From the human T2T-CHM13v2.0 reference genome, Homo sapiens: a stretch of DNA of 64,000 nucleotides. Both the position numbers and the translations under genes were made by a program. The stretch lies in NCBI RefSeq assembly GCF_009914755.1, contig NC_060928.1; one strand, 5' to 3'. Numbering within the stretch: the stretch's first letter is position 1; each line of letters opens with the position of its first letter. Below the pieces are notes generated by a model. The model was not told where the DNA came from. It saw nothing but the letters and a program-made list of their open reading frames with translations, and ran no database searches. This document shows positions 42,226 to 56,102 of the stretch, piece by piece.

Positions 42226-45200
42226 CTTATAACTTTTATTTCAGCTTCAAGGGTACATGTGCAAGTTTGTTATATGGTATAGTGCATGTCACAGGGGTTT
42301 GGTGTACAGATTATTTCACCACTCAGGAAATAAGCATAATACCCAATAGTTAGTTTTTTGATCCTCACCCTCCTCCTACCCTCCACCCTCAAGTAGGTGC
42401 TGTTGTCTATTGCCTTCTTCTTTGCTTTCATATGTACTCATTGTTTAGCTCCCACTAATAAGTGAGAACATGCAGTATTTGGCTTTCTCTTCCTGCATTA
42501 GTTTGCCTAGGATAATGGCCTCCAGCTCCATCCATTGGGGTGTTCTACAAAGGACATGACCTAGTTCTTTTTCATGGCTGCATGATATTCCATGGCATAT
42601 ATTTACATTTTCTTCATCCAGTCTACTACTTATGGGAATCTAGGTTGATTCTATGTCTTTACTATTGTGAATAGTGCTGCCATGAACATGCACATGCATG
42701 TGTCTTTAAGGTAGAACAATTTATATTCCTTTGAGTATATATCCAATAATACGGTTGCAATGGTAGTTCTATTTTAAGTTATTTGAGAAATTGCCAAACT
42801 GCTTTCCACAGTGGCTGAACTAATTCACATTCCCACTAGCACTGTATGTCATCTTTTCAACCTCACCAGCATCTTTTATTTGTTGACTTTTTAAGAATAG
42901 CCATTCTGACTGGTGTAAGACGGTATCTCATTGTGGTTTTTATTTGCATTTCTCTAATGATTAGGGATGTTGAACATTTTTTATATGAAGATCAGATGGT
43001 TGTAAGTGTGAGGCTTTATTTCTGGGTGCTCTAACCTGTTCCATTGGTTTATATGTCTGTTTTAGTACCAATACCATGCTGTTTGGGTTGCTATAGCCTT
43101 TTAGTATTGTTTGAAGTCAGGTAATGTGATACCTCCAGCTTTGTTCTTTTTGCTTAGGATTGCTTTGGCTATTCAGGCACTTTTTTTTGTTTCATATGAT
43201 TTTTAGAGTTTTTTTTCTAATTCTGTGAAGAATGTCATTGATAGTTTGATAGAAATAGCACTGAATCTGTAAATTGCTTTGGGCAATATGGCAATTTTAA
43301 CAATATTGATTCTTCCTATTCATGAGCACGGAATGCTATTCCTTTCTTTGTGTTGTTTTTGGTTTCTTTCAACAGTGTTGTACAACTCTCCTTGTAGAAA
43401 TCTTTGACCTCCCTAGTTAGCTGTACTCCTAGGTATTTTGGTTTGTGAATGGCTATTGTGAATGGGATTGTGTTCTTGATTTGGCACTCAGCTTTGATGT
43501 TGTTGGTGTACAGAAATGCTACTTATTTTTGTACATTGACTTTGTATCTTGAAACTTTGCTGAAGTTGTTCATTAGATCTAGGAGTTTTTAGGCAGATAC
43601 TGGGTTTTTCTGTATATAAAATTATATCATCTGCAAACAGAAATAGTTTGACTTTCTCTCTTCGTATTTGGATGCCTTTTGTTTCTTTATCTTGCCTGAT
43701 TTCTCTGGATAGGATTTCCAGAGAATATGTTGAATAGGAGTAGTGACAGTGGGCATCCTTGTTTTGTTCCAGTTGTCAAAGGGTACGCTTCCAGCTTTTG
43801 CCTGTTCAGTATGATATTGGCTGTGGGTTTGTCATAGATATCCCTTATTATTCTGAGGTATGTTCCTTCAATGCCTAGTCTGTTGACGGTTTTTAACATG
43901 AAGGAAGTTGAATTTTATCGAAAGCTTTTCTGCATTAATTGAGATAATCATGTGGTTTTTGTTTTTAATTCTGTTTATGTGATAAAACACATTTATTGAT
44001 TTACATATATTGAACCAACCTTACATCCCAGGGATAAAACCCACTTGATTGTGATGGATTAGCTTTTTGATGTGCTGCTGTATTTGATTTGCTAATATTT
44101 TGTTGAGGATTTTTGCTTCTGTGTTCATCCTGGATATTGGCCTTAAGTTTTCTTTTTTACTGTATCTCTGCCAGGTTTTGGTATCAGAATGATGCTGATC
44201 TCATAAGATAAGTTAAGGAGGAGTCCCTCCTCAATTTTTTGGAATGGTTTCAGTAGGAATGGTACCAGTTCTTCTTTCTATGTCTGGTAGAATTCAGCTG
44301 TGAATCCATCTGGTCCTGGGCTTTTCCTGGTTGGTAGGCTTTTTATTACTGATTCAATTTCAGAACTCATTATTGGTCTGTTCGGGGTTTCAATTTCTTC
44401 CTGGTTGAATTTTGGGTAGTTGCATGTTTCCAGACATTTGTCCATTTCTTGTAGGTATTCTAGTTTTTGTGGATAGAGGTGTTCATAATAGCCTCTGAGG
44501 GTTTTTTGTATTTCTGTGGAGTCAGTAGTATTATCCACTTTGTGATTTCTGATTCTGCTTATTCGGATCTTCTCTCTTTTTCTCTTTATTTGTCTAGTTA
44601 GCTATTGATCTTATTTATTTTTTCAAAAAACTAACTTCTGGTTTTGTTGATCTCTTACATGCTTTTTTATGTCTCAATTTTATTCAGTTCATTTTTTCAC
44701 ATCTCAGTTTCATTAATTAAGTTCCAATATTGGTTATTTCTTGTCTTCTGCTACTTTTGCAGTTGGTTTGCTATTGTTTTTCCAGTTCATCTAGGTGTGA
44801 TGTTACATTTAAGATATTTCTAACTTTTTATGTGATGTTACATTTAAGATATTTCTAACTTTTTATGTGAGCATTTAGTGCTAAAAACTTTCCTCTTAAC
44901 ATTGCTTTAGCTATATCCCAGAGATTCTGGTAGGTTGTATCTTTGTTCTCATTATTTTCAAATAGTTTCCTAATTTCTGACTTAATTTCATTGTTTACAA
45001 GAAGTCATTCAGGAGTAGGTTGCTTAATTTTCATGTAATTGTATGGTTTTGAATGATCTTCTTAGTATTGATTTCTATTTTTATTGCCCTGTGATCTGAC
45101 AGTTTGGTTGGTATGATTTCAGTTTTTTTAAATCTGCTGAGAATTGTTTTATGGCCAATTGCATGGTTGATTTTAGACTATATGCCATGTGCAAATGTGA

Positions 45201-48200
45201 AACACGATGTTCTGTTGGTTTTGGGTGGAAAGTTCTGTAGATATCTATTAGGTCCATTTGGTCAAGTGTCAAGCTTAGGTACCGAATATCTTTGTTAGTT
45301 TTCTGCCTCAATGAAGTCTCCCATTATTACTATGTGGTTATCTAGATCCCTCCATAGATCTCTAAGAACTCATTTTGTGAATCTGGGTGCTCTACTGTTA
45401 GATGCAAATATATTTAGGATAGTTAACTCCTGTTGAATTGAACCTTTTATCATTATGTAATGCCCTTCTTTGTCATTTTTGATCATTGTTGGTTTAAAGG
45501 CTGTTTTGTCTGAAAGAAGGATAACAACTCCTGCTTTTCTTGTTTTCTGTTTGCTTCACAGATCTTTCTCCATCCCTTACTTTGAGGCTATGGGTGTCAC
45601 TGCATGTGAGATGTGTCCTTGAAGACTGCATACAGTTGGGTCTTGCTTCTTTATCCAACTTGCCATTCTGTGCCTTTTAATTGGGGAATTTAGCCCATTT
45701 ATATTCAAGGTTAATACTGATATGTACAAATTTGATCCTCTCATTGTGTTTTTGGTGGGATATTATGCATACATGATTGTGTAGTTGCTATATAGTATAT
45801 TTACATCTGTTTTTGTGGTGGCCAGCAAAAGACTTTCATTTCCATATTTAGCACTCCTTTAAGGACTTCTTTTTTTATTATTATACTTTAAGTTCTAGGG
45901 TACATGTACACCACATGCAGGTTAGTTACATATCTATACCTGTGCCATGTTGGTTTGCTGCACCCATTAACTCATCATTTACATTAGGTATTTCTCTTAA
46001 TGCTATCCCTTCCCCATCCCCCCACCCCATGACAGGCCCTGATGTGTGATGTTCCCCGCCCTGTGTCCAAGTGTTCTCATTGTTCAATTCCTACCTATGA
46101 GTGAGAACATGCGGTGTTTGGTTTTCTGTCCTTGCGATGGTTTGCTCAGAATGATGGTTTCCAGCTTCATCCACGTCACTACAAAGGACATGAACTCATT
46201 ATTTTTTATGGCATAGTATTCCATGGTGTATATGTGCCACAATTTCTTAATCCAGTCTATCATTGTTGGACATTTGGGTTGGTTCCATGTCTTTGCTATT
46301 GTGAATAGTGCCACAGTAAACATACATGTGCAGTGTCTTTATAGTAGCATGATTTATAATCCTTTGGGTATATACCCAGTAATGGGATGGCTGGGTCAAA
46401 TGATATTTCTAGTTCTAGATCCTTGAGGAATCACCACACTGTCTTCCACAATGGTTGAACTAGTTTACACTCCCACCAACAGTGTAAAAGTGTTCTTATT
46501 TCTCCACATCCTCTCCAGCACCTGTTGTTTCCTGACTTTTTAATGATTGCCCTTCTAAGTGGTGTGAGATGGTATCTCATTGTGGTTTTGATTTGCATTT
46601 CTCTGATGACTAGTGATGATGAGCATTTTTTCATGTGTCTGTTGGTTGCATAAACGTCTTCTTTTGAAAAGTGTCTGTTCATGTCCTTTGCCCACTTTTT
46701 GATGGGGCTGTTTGATTTTTTTCTTGTAAATTTGTTTAAGTTCTTTGTAGATTCTGGATATTAGCCCTTTGTCAGATGGGTAGATTGCAAAAATTTCCTC
46801 CCATTCTGTAGGTTGCCTGTTCACTCTGATGGTAGTTTCTTTTGCTGTGCAGAAGCTCTTTAGTTTAATTAGATCCCATTTGTCTATTTTGGCTTTTGTT
46901 GCCATTGCTTTTTGTGTTTTAGTCATGAAGTTAAGGACTTCTTTTAAGGCAGGTCTGGTGGTAACAAATTCCCTTAGTATTTGTTTGTTTGCAAGGGATC
47001 TTATTTCTCTTTTGCTTATGATGCTTAGTTTGGCTGGATATGAGTTATTGGTTGGATTTTCTTTTCTTTAAGAATACTGAAATGGGCCCCCAATCTTTTC
47101 TGGCTTGGAGGGTTTCTTCTGAAAGGTCTGCTGTTAGCCTGATAGGTTTCCCTTTGTGGGTGACCTGCTCCTTCTCTCTAGCTGCCTTTAATGTTTTTTC
47201 TTTCATGTCAACTTTGGAGAATATGATGACTATGTGTCTTGGGAAAGGTCATCTTGTATAGTATCTCACAGGGGTTCTCTGAATTCCCTGAATTTTAATG
47301 TTGGCCTTTCTCACAAGTTTGGGGAAACTTTTGTGGATGATATCCTCAAATATGATTTCTAAGTTGCTCATTTTCTCTCTGTTTCAGGAATGCCAGCGAG
47401 TCACAGATGTGGTCTCTTTACATAATCCCATATTCTCAGAGGTTTTGTTCATTATTTTTATTATTTTTCCTGTAATTTTATCTGACTGAGTTAATTAGGA
47501 AAACCAGTCTTTGAGCTTTGAGATTCTCTTCACAGATTGGTCTATTCTGCTGTTAATACTTTCAACTATATTATGAAATTCTTGCAGCGAGTTTTTCAGC
47601 TCTATCAGATCAGTTTGGTTCTTTCTTAAAACGGCTGTTTTATCTTTTGGATCCTGTATTGTTTTGTTGTATTCCTTAGAGTTTTTGGATTCAGTTTCTA
47701 CTTTCTTTTGAATCTCAATGATCTTCATTCCTATCCATATTCTGAATTCTACGCCTGTTATTTCAGCTATTTCAGCCTGGTTAAGAACCATTTCCGGAAA
47801 ACTACTTCAGTCGTTTTGAGGTAAGAGGGCACTGGTTTTTTGAGTTATCAGAGTTTGTGCACTCGTTCTTTCTCATCTGTGTGAGCTGATGATCATTTAG
47901 TCTTTGATGTTGCTGATGGGGTTTTTGCTTTTATCTTCTTTGATACTCTTTGAGGTTTGATTGTGGTATAAGGTTGGTTCAATTGACTGGCTTCAATTCT
48001 GAAAGATTTCAGGGGGCCAAGGCTCAGTTCAGCAATCTTGGGCTACATGCTCTAACTCTGAGGAACTGGTACAGGGCCCTTGGCTTTGTTATCTGGCCTC
48101 TTGAGGTAAGGAACCTGCTGCGCAGGAAGGGCCAATGTGTTCTTAGTCCACTGGCCACACTCTGATGGGGGGGTGCCAGCCAAAGTGCTTCACTGGGGCA

Positions 48201-49307
48201 ATGGCAACAGGATCCATACTCATTCACATGTGCCAACAGCTGCATTGGTGCATTGGGGTGCACATGCGTCAGTTGGGGTGGGGTGCCAGCAAAAACCTCT
48301 GCCTTCGTTTTCACAGATAGAACATACTGGCAAAATATTTTGGTGTTGTATTTTGGGCTGTGGTCCAGTAGATGGCGCTTAAGAGTGTTAGCAGATAGAC
48401 TCTTGGCGGCATGGCTCTTTGTGCTCTGTGGTAGCAGGGGAGAGAGATGACACCCTCACCTAATCTGCTCCTGGGTCTTGGAAGAGCCCCCTCCAATCAC
48501 TGGCTTTATGCCTGCATTTCTTTTCTTGGGTGTTCTGGTCCAGAGAGGTCCCTCAGGCAGGGACCACGTTTGGCAGACAGGTAATATACTTGCCCAGCTG
48601 GCCCTTCGGAGGGAGGTACACCCCATGCCTCCACTGGCCTGTGGCATCTCATCTCTCTCAGTGATCCAAGAGTGAGGGCTCCTTCCTGCTTGGGCACCAC
48701 CCAAGCCAGCAAGTCTCACTTGGCGATGAGCAGCAGGAGTGGGTGGAGCCCACCTAATCTGCTATCCAAGTACTTCCTGGGGAACATGGGATTGTGCTTG
48801 CCTGCCGAGTTCAGGTAGAAGCAGTCTGCTGGGCTGTAAGCTCTAGCAGGCATGGCCCACCTGGCTACCAGTGGCAGGAGTGAGTGGGGTTGCCCGCCCT
48901 TCTGTCCAGGTGATTTTCAGGACAACAGAAGATCACTCCCCTTGGACTCAAGAGTTGCCCCTGTAAAACTTCTGGGTGGCTCTGTGCCTCAGTTTAGAAG
49001 TGTGGGGGATGGAGCGGGCATGGAGGAGAGCCAGGGGATTTTTTCATTCCCAGTCTTGCACAGGACCCCACGGGGCTCTCACTCACTTGCCTTTTCCCAT
49101 TTTGGAGAGGTTCTTCTGGCCTCTGCACTCAGCCCAGACAGGCTGGTGCCCAGCTTCACTCCTCTCTGCTCTCTATGTCTCCCTGCTGCCTTGATGGATC
49201 CCAATGTGGTTTTTTAGGTGATCAGCTTGTAGGGTCAGTGTTCACTAGTCAGTGAAAATGACACACGTGAACTGCTTCTAGTCTGCCATGCTGACCCAAA
49301 CTCCCCA
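42226..49307 (-). mobile_element. Near-full-length old primate L1 (L1PA13-15-like), disrupted, with nested L1PA
   Basis: ORF-track ORF2 remnants ([26 protein letters not shown]), ORF1 remnant 47495-47791, 5' end CTGCTTCTAGTCTGCCATG; degenerate TSD ACTT(T/C)CA(T/C)ATTTT at 42213-42225 and 49308-49320. Confidence 0.92.
45874..46930 (-). mobile_element. 5'-truncated L1PA (L1PA5-7-like) nested in the older L1
   Basis: Perfect 15-bp TSD TTAAGGACTTCTTTT at 45859-45873 and 46931-46945; ORF2 C-terminal remnants ([32 protein letters not shown]). Confidence 0.93.
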
Positions 49308-49434
49308 ACTTCCACATTTTTATAGACTGAAAGGCTTCTCATCATTTCATCTTTCTGATTATTTACATTTTCTAGCCAGTTGCATAGGTGAATATAATAT
49401 TCCTGCTGAAAATAGCTTGAGAGTTAAGATCAGT

Positions 49435-49794
<360 letters not shown>

Positions 49795-50052
49795 TCACCA
49801 TCAGTTTCCATATCTTTAAAATAAGAATCACACTTACTTCATAGCATGAAAGTGAGAATGACACTCTATGTCAAATGCCTAATACAAGTTGGCCCTCAAT
49901 ATTTACACTATTTTTTTTACTGTGAACATAACATGTACTGGGAGAATATATTTGAGCAGCATTTTGGAAGGAATACTAAAATGAGTAAAATTAATTCTTA
50001 TAAATGCTTCAGAAGTATAAAGTCAGCTACAAGAAAACTAGACCATTTTTGG

Positions 50053-51400
50053 CCATTCACTCAAAAAATATTAATTGGTGTCTACTATGTGCCAGGCATT
50101 GTTCTAGGAGCTGGTGGTGTAGTGGTAGCCAAAATGAACAAGTCTGCTGGTTACATATATCTTACCTCTAATGAGAGGAAAAAGACAAGAAACACATAAG
50201 AACCTGAGCAAATAAAATAATCTTATAGGAATAAGAGAGCTACGAAGAAAATGAAACAGGGTCAGTGGGATGCAGAGTGGTGGAATATGCCAGGGAGGTT
50301 GAGCACAAGGGGAATGCTGATTTAGAGAAGCTGAAAGGGAAATCTTCTCTGGTATAACATGTGAGCTGAGACATGAAAGAGGAGAATAGCCTACAATAAA
50401 CACAAATACATAAGGTAAGAGAGTTCTATGCAAAAGAAACAGGCCCTATTATGAAACAAGCCTGGTGTAATCGAGAGAGAGAAGAAAGGTCAGTGTGCGT
50501 GGAGCACAGTGAATGTGAGGGAGCCCAGGATGAGAGGAATTCAGAAAAACAGACAGGAACCAGATTATGTGGGGTCTGGTGGGCCATGGAGAGGAATTTG
50601 GATTCTATTCTGATTTCAGGGAGCAGCCATTGGATATCTTTGGCAAGGGAATAATAAGGTCTGATTTAGGTTTTCTTAAAATTATACTGGCTGTCGTATG
50701 GAGAATGGACTGTAGAAAAATAATGGAAGGTGAGAGTCCAGGCAGGTGGCTACTGAATTAGACCCAACAAGTGATAGCGGTGGTAATAAAGATGGTGAGA
50801 AGTTAACGGGCTTGAGACATATTGAAAATGTAGCTAAAGGAACTTGCTCATAGATGGTATGTGGGAAGCACTAGGAAAGAATAGAATCAAGGATACCTCC
50901 TAGGATTTTGGCCTGACAGCAGTGTGTTCCTCCAGTTGGGGAGCCCTAGAGAAGAGACTGTACTGCAGTAGTTGTGAGACATGCACTGTGGACAAACACT
51001 AAGTTTGCATCCCCTCTTCATCACCTGATCCTCTGTATCAATTTTCTTTTTGGTAAAATTAGAATCATATAGCAGCACTTATTACTCAGATGTGCCTTAC
51101 GGATTAAATTAATAAACACGTGTAAAGTACTTAAAACAGTACCTGGTGTTAGTTATTATTAACGGGATGGGGAGGGTGGGAGCAAGAATTCTCTTCTACA
51201 GTTGCTACATCTATGGTGCCTTTTAGATGTCCAAGTAGAGATGTGCAGGCAATAGGGTATTCGAGTCTAGAGTTCAGAGAGATGTTGGGAGGAAAGATAT
51301 AAATCAGGAACTCAATAGCATACTGATAGTATTTAAATTCCTGCCACTGGATAAAATCATCTGGGAAAAGACAGTAGAGAAGAGAGTAAAAGAGGATCAT
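50053..51400 (-). mobile_element. L2 LINE 3' region with an inserted MIR (~50975-51155)
   Basis: CATTCACTCAAAAAATATT...CTACTATGTGCCAGGCATTGTTCTAGG; MIR-like GGATTAAATTAATAAACACGTGTAAAGTACTTAAAACAGTACCTGG. Confidence 0.75.
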
Positions 51401-53230
51401 CCCTGGGGTATGTCACCATGAAGGTCATGGCCACATATACTTAGATTTCACAGAAATGATTTGAGAGTCTAAATGAATTCTTTATTTCACTCTTTATTTT
51501 TAGGGAACATCCTATTCCTAAATTAATTCACGAAAGTCTCATTTGAAGTTCTGGATCACAAACTGCCCTCCATTTTACATTTCACCCATATGTTCTCCCA
51601 TCAGATTATAGGTCCCTCATGGTGATGTTATGTGCCATATTTTTTTAATGTCCTTCACTCTTCCTAGCACAGAGTAATACACATAGGCTCCCTCAATAAA
51701 TGTCTGCTGGAATAATTATTTAAAGAAATTATGATGAATAATCTGTGTTTTCCATGGCACCATATGAAGGACTAGCTACTGAGGACATGAATTATTTTGC
51801 TCTAAGGAAGAAGATAAACTGAACTCATTTTATTAGGGAGAAAATGTGAACCCTGTGGAAAACCAAAGATGAATCTAGGCTTATAAATAAACTTATCTTC
51901 CTAAAACCTGTCTTTTTCTACTGCACAAGGAAGGGGTGTAAAGTGAAAAGATAATGAGGCTTTAGACTTAGGCAAACTTGCGCTCAAATCTCCCATCTAT
52001 ATAAGTTGTGAAGCCAGAACAATTTACTTACGCATGTGAACCCATCTCATCTTTAAAATAGGAATGATAATAATACCTACCTCATGGAGTTTGAAAAGGT
52101 CTAAATGAGTTTTGTGATGTGAACAGGGTCAGGTGATGCATGCACATGCAATGTGTGGCATTATAGAAGAAGAACCCTAAAGTTCGAGAACCCATATCTT
52201 TTATGGCATAAATTGGATACTCATATATTAGTTTCCTTATCTCTCCTAAAAAATACACTATATTTTTATGCAAGGTTTTTGCACTTATGAATTCATTATG
52301 CTCAGGACATAGCTCACAATTATGTGCATATAAAACTCAGTTTATTTTTTAAATGATGCATACAATGCAAGTGATTGTGTGTGTGTGTGCGAGAGAGAGA
52401 TCTGTTGATACAAAAGTACATTGCAGTATAAAAAATGTACTTAGTTTTACATACATAAATTTACTTCTTTCTTAATGAAAATATGTGTGACAAGATCCTT
52501 CATATGTAACAGGAGGGATTTCTTACACTGTAGTAATTTGCTGCTTTTAAACAGACTTAGCAGCATCCAGAGGCAAAGGCTGTTATGGGCTCATTATTTC
52601 CTGCCCCCCAGAGGATGAACTGTGCTAATTAAGTACATTTAAAGGGAAAAAATGCCTCTTTGCTGTGTCCCCATTATGCTACTGTCTCTTTACTTCCTGA
52701 TGCTTGTTACAATTTATTAGCTGTGAATTATACCTGCCAGTAAATTAACCCTTCTTTCTCCACTCAATTTGTCAGATAAAAAAGTTGCATAAAGTTAAAA
52801 GCCAGCCAGTTGGCTTCCTGAGAATATAGATATGGAACAATTTCCTGCAGCATTGAGCCTCAGAAGAATTTAACAGCTTTGGTGAATCTAGTACCAATGC
52901 TCATTTTCAAGCCAGGAGCAAACACATAAATCATGTTCAGCACAATGTACCTGCCTTTAGAAAGCTGTTTACAGCCATGTATATTTATTAGTTTTCCATG
53001 ATTTCAAGCAGTATGTTTTCTTTACCCTCTCCTTTTCCTTGCAAGCACACACACAAATTCCTATCACAAAGTCTCTCTGGTACGTCACAAAACACAGCCT
53101 TTGGGGGTGATTATTTTTCCCGAGTATTTTTACATCCTCGTGCCAATGCTTCAGATAGTACCCTAAATTAACTGTATCTTTTGCTGTCCATGGATACTTA
53201 CAAGTTTCCTTTTGCCACTTGTCAAGAGCA

Positions 53231-53692
53231 GTGAAGAGTCTTGAGATTTCACTTGCAAACTAACAAGTCACCCTGACATAGTTTCATGGTTGCTGGCAGA
53301 AGGTGCAACACTCTTAGATCAAAGAGAAAAGGACTTTATTACTCACAGCATTAGCGTTAGCCAGAGTAGCAGCATGTACTCCAAGTTCTAATTCCTACAG
53401 GGTGATGTGAAGAGTGCCAGATGATACCTGCACATACAGTGGGTTGCATTATAGGAGATGAACTCTAAGCTTAGGGAAACCAAATATTTTATAATGGACA
53501 GTAAGCCTGAGTGACCTTTGCCACAGAAGTAAATATTGTCTTTTTATGCTGCAAAATAAACAAAATTGTTCTTTACTACAAAGAAAGACACTATCTCTAT
53601 CTTCCAAGGTTGTTTTTACAGATGTCCTCAAAACAACAGTACAGAGCAAAGGCACTAAGTGTCTCTGCCCACAAGATATGCATAAATGTAAG
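53231..53692. mobile_element. Old ERVL-type LTR remnant (family uncertain)
   Basis: GAGATTTCACTTGCAAACTAACAAG...GGACTTTATTACTCACAGCA resembles recalled old LTR families. Confidence 0.45.
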
Positions 53693-53697
53693 AGTAC

Positions 53698-54082
53698 TGT
53701 ATTAGTCTGTTCTCGCATTGCTATGAAGAACTACCTCAGACTGGGTAGTTTATAAAGAAAAGAGGCTTAATTGACTCACCGTTCCATGGGCTGTACAGGA
53801 AGCATGGCTGGGGAGGCCTCAGGGAGCTTCTAATTATGGCAGAAGGCAAAGGGGAAGTAGGCACATCTTACATGGCCAGAGAAGGAGTAAGAGAGAGGTA
53901 AGGGAGAGGTGCTACAGTTTTAAACAACTAGATCTCATGAGAACTCACCCACAATCACCAGAACAGCAAGCAGGAAATCAACCCCACATGATTCAGTCAC
54001 CTCCCACCAGGACCTTCCTCCAACACTGGGAATTATAATTTGACATGAGATTTGGGCGGGGACACAAATCCAAACCATATCA
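53698..54082 (-). mobile_element. MSTA-like MaLR solo LTR
   Basis: TGTATTAGTCTGTTCTCGCATTGCT...CCAAACCATATCA; 5-bp TSD AGTAC at 53693-53697 and 54083-54087. Confidence 0.92.
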
Positions 54083-55029
54083 AGTACCATGAATTATTTT
54101 AAAACACCACTGATGCTTTTTCTTCATGAATGTGTATTACAATTTAATAGTGTTTTCAATACATGAGTTTTTACAGTTAATATGGACTTAGTAACTTGAA
54201 TACATAATCCCAAAATCAAGTCTTCTTGCAAAGAATACCATAAAATCCTTTCTTAAACTAAATGGAAATTCAATTTTTAGTAAATGTACTTAATCGATGT
54301 GTAACTCAATTTCCTCACCAGTATAATGAAATAAATATAATACTTAATTCGATTTATTATTGAGTAGATTAAATGAGATAGTCCATGTAGAATGCTTAAC
54401 ACAGAGCCTGGTATTCATTAAGTGTTCATTTCTCCATAAATGTTAATTTTAATTAGAATTAATTGTCAGTACCCTTTGATGAGAGGTACTTAAAATACCC
54501 CCTTCACTAAACCACCACCATTGAGCCCACTTCCAAATGTACCTTGGGAGTGCTGGTTTGCCTTTTGTTGGTATAGAGGCATTCATCAGGAAAGGGTAGA
54601 GATACAAGAAAGTAATATTCTTGAAGACTTATTATGTGTTTTTAGTTGACTATGTGACCTAGTGCTTTCATGTATTATTTCATTCCTTCTTAACAGCATT
54701 CTCATAAAGAATGCATTATTTTTTAGATGAGTGGACCGAGATTCAGACATTACTGAAGGTCACACCATTTGTAATGGAAAAGCAGGAGTCAAACCCTGTC
54801 TCACTCTAGTCTGACTCTGTGCCTTTACAATTTTTAACCATTCAGTCTTATTTTCCTCAACAATCTTTCTATCTTTTGGGACTAACTATGCCTTTGTGAC
54901 AGAAAATCCTCTCTACTCTGTAGACTCCATTGCCAATGAGAACAATAGGTTCACAGTGGAAAGAGAGATTATGCCTCCACCTGTATTCTTCTAAAAATGA
55001 TATCCATCTCTTCATTTTTGACCTTTTTT

Positions 55030-55332
55030 GAGGAAATGACAAGATGTAATTCAGAGGATACAAAGTAGTAGATATGTAGCATGAACAAGTCTAAAGATCT
55101 GATGTACCACATGAGAACTACAGCTAATAAAATTGTACTGTATTTCGGATTCCTGCTAAATGAGTAGGTTTTAGCTACTCTTGCTATAAAAACAAAAAAA
55201 AAATAGGTAACTATGTGAGATGATGGATATGTTATTTGCTTCACTATAGTAATCATTTTACTATCTATATGTATCCCATAACATCATTTTGTTTATCTTA
55301 ATTATACATGATAAAATTGATTTTTAAAAAAA
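55030..55332 (+). mobile_element. L1MA/HAL1-type 3' end fragment
   Basis: GGTAACTATGTGAGATGATGGATATGTTA...CATAACATCAT, A-rich end. Confidence 0.75.
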
Positions 55333-55803
55333 TAGTATCCACGATGTGTTAGGCCCAAGCAACTTATGGCCCAAATGCCCCTTTTTGTACCAAAGCCTAT
55401 TTCTGGATCCATAGGCTCAGTCAACATGTTTTTCTCACTCTTTTTGAAAGTACCTGATTCCTAGTTTAGTGTTTCTGAAATCTCTCTCAGGAACTTTAAT
55501 GACAGTGTGACATCTTTGAGAAATGCAAGCATGACCTCTGTTCTGTCATATGTTGGTTTTACAAGGGACATTACATTAAACAGAAAATATGAAGTGATAA
55601 TAAGCCTGCAATAATAACAAAATCCTCATTCAGGAAAGTGAAAGAACTTGTGTTTTACTTTTAGAGATAGACTCTTACTATTACACTAACACAAACAAAT
55701 AAAGGTTAAAAACATGCCTTTTTAACTTAGTTCCATAGGAATTTTGTTTCTTACCAACTCTGCACGAAAGCCAATTAAACATTATTTAAAAACAACTGGA
55801 ATG

Positions 55804-56102
55804 GGCCAAGCGCGGTGGCTCACGCCTGTAATCCCAGCACTTTGGGAGGCCGAGGTGGGTGGATCATGAGGTCACGAGATCGAGACCATCCTGGCTAACA
55901 TGGTGAAACCCCGTCTCTACTAAAAATACAAAAACAAAATTAGCCGGGCATGGTGGCAGGCACCTGTAGTCCCAGGTACTCCGGAGGCTGAGGCAGGGAA
56001 TTGCTTGAACCCAGGAGGCAGAGGTTGCAGTGAGCTGAGATCACGCTATTGCACTCCAGCCTGGGCGACAGAGCGAGACTCCGTAAAAACAACAACAACA
56101 AC
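55804..56102 (+). mobile_element. AluSc/Y-like SINE with (CAA)n tail
   Basis: Alu dimer; TSD AACAACTGGAATG at 55791-55803 and 56103-56115. Confidence 0.95.
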
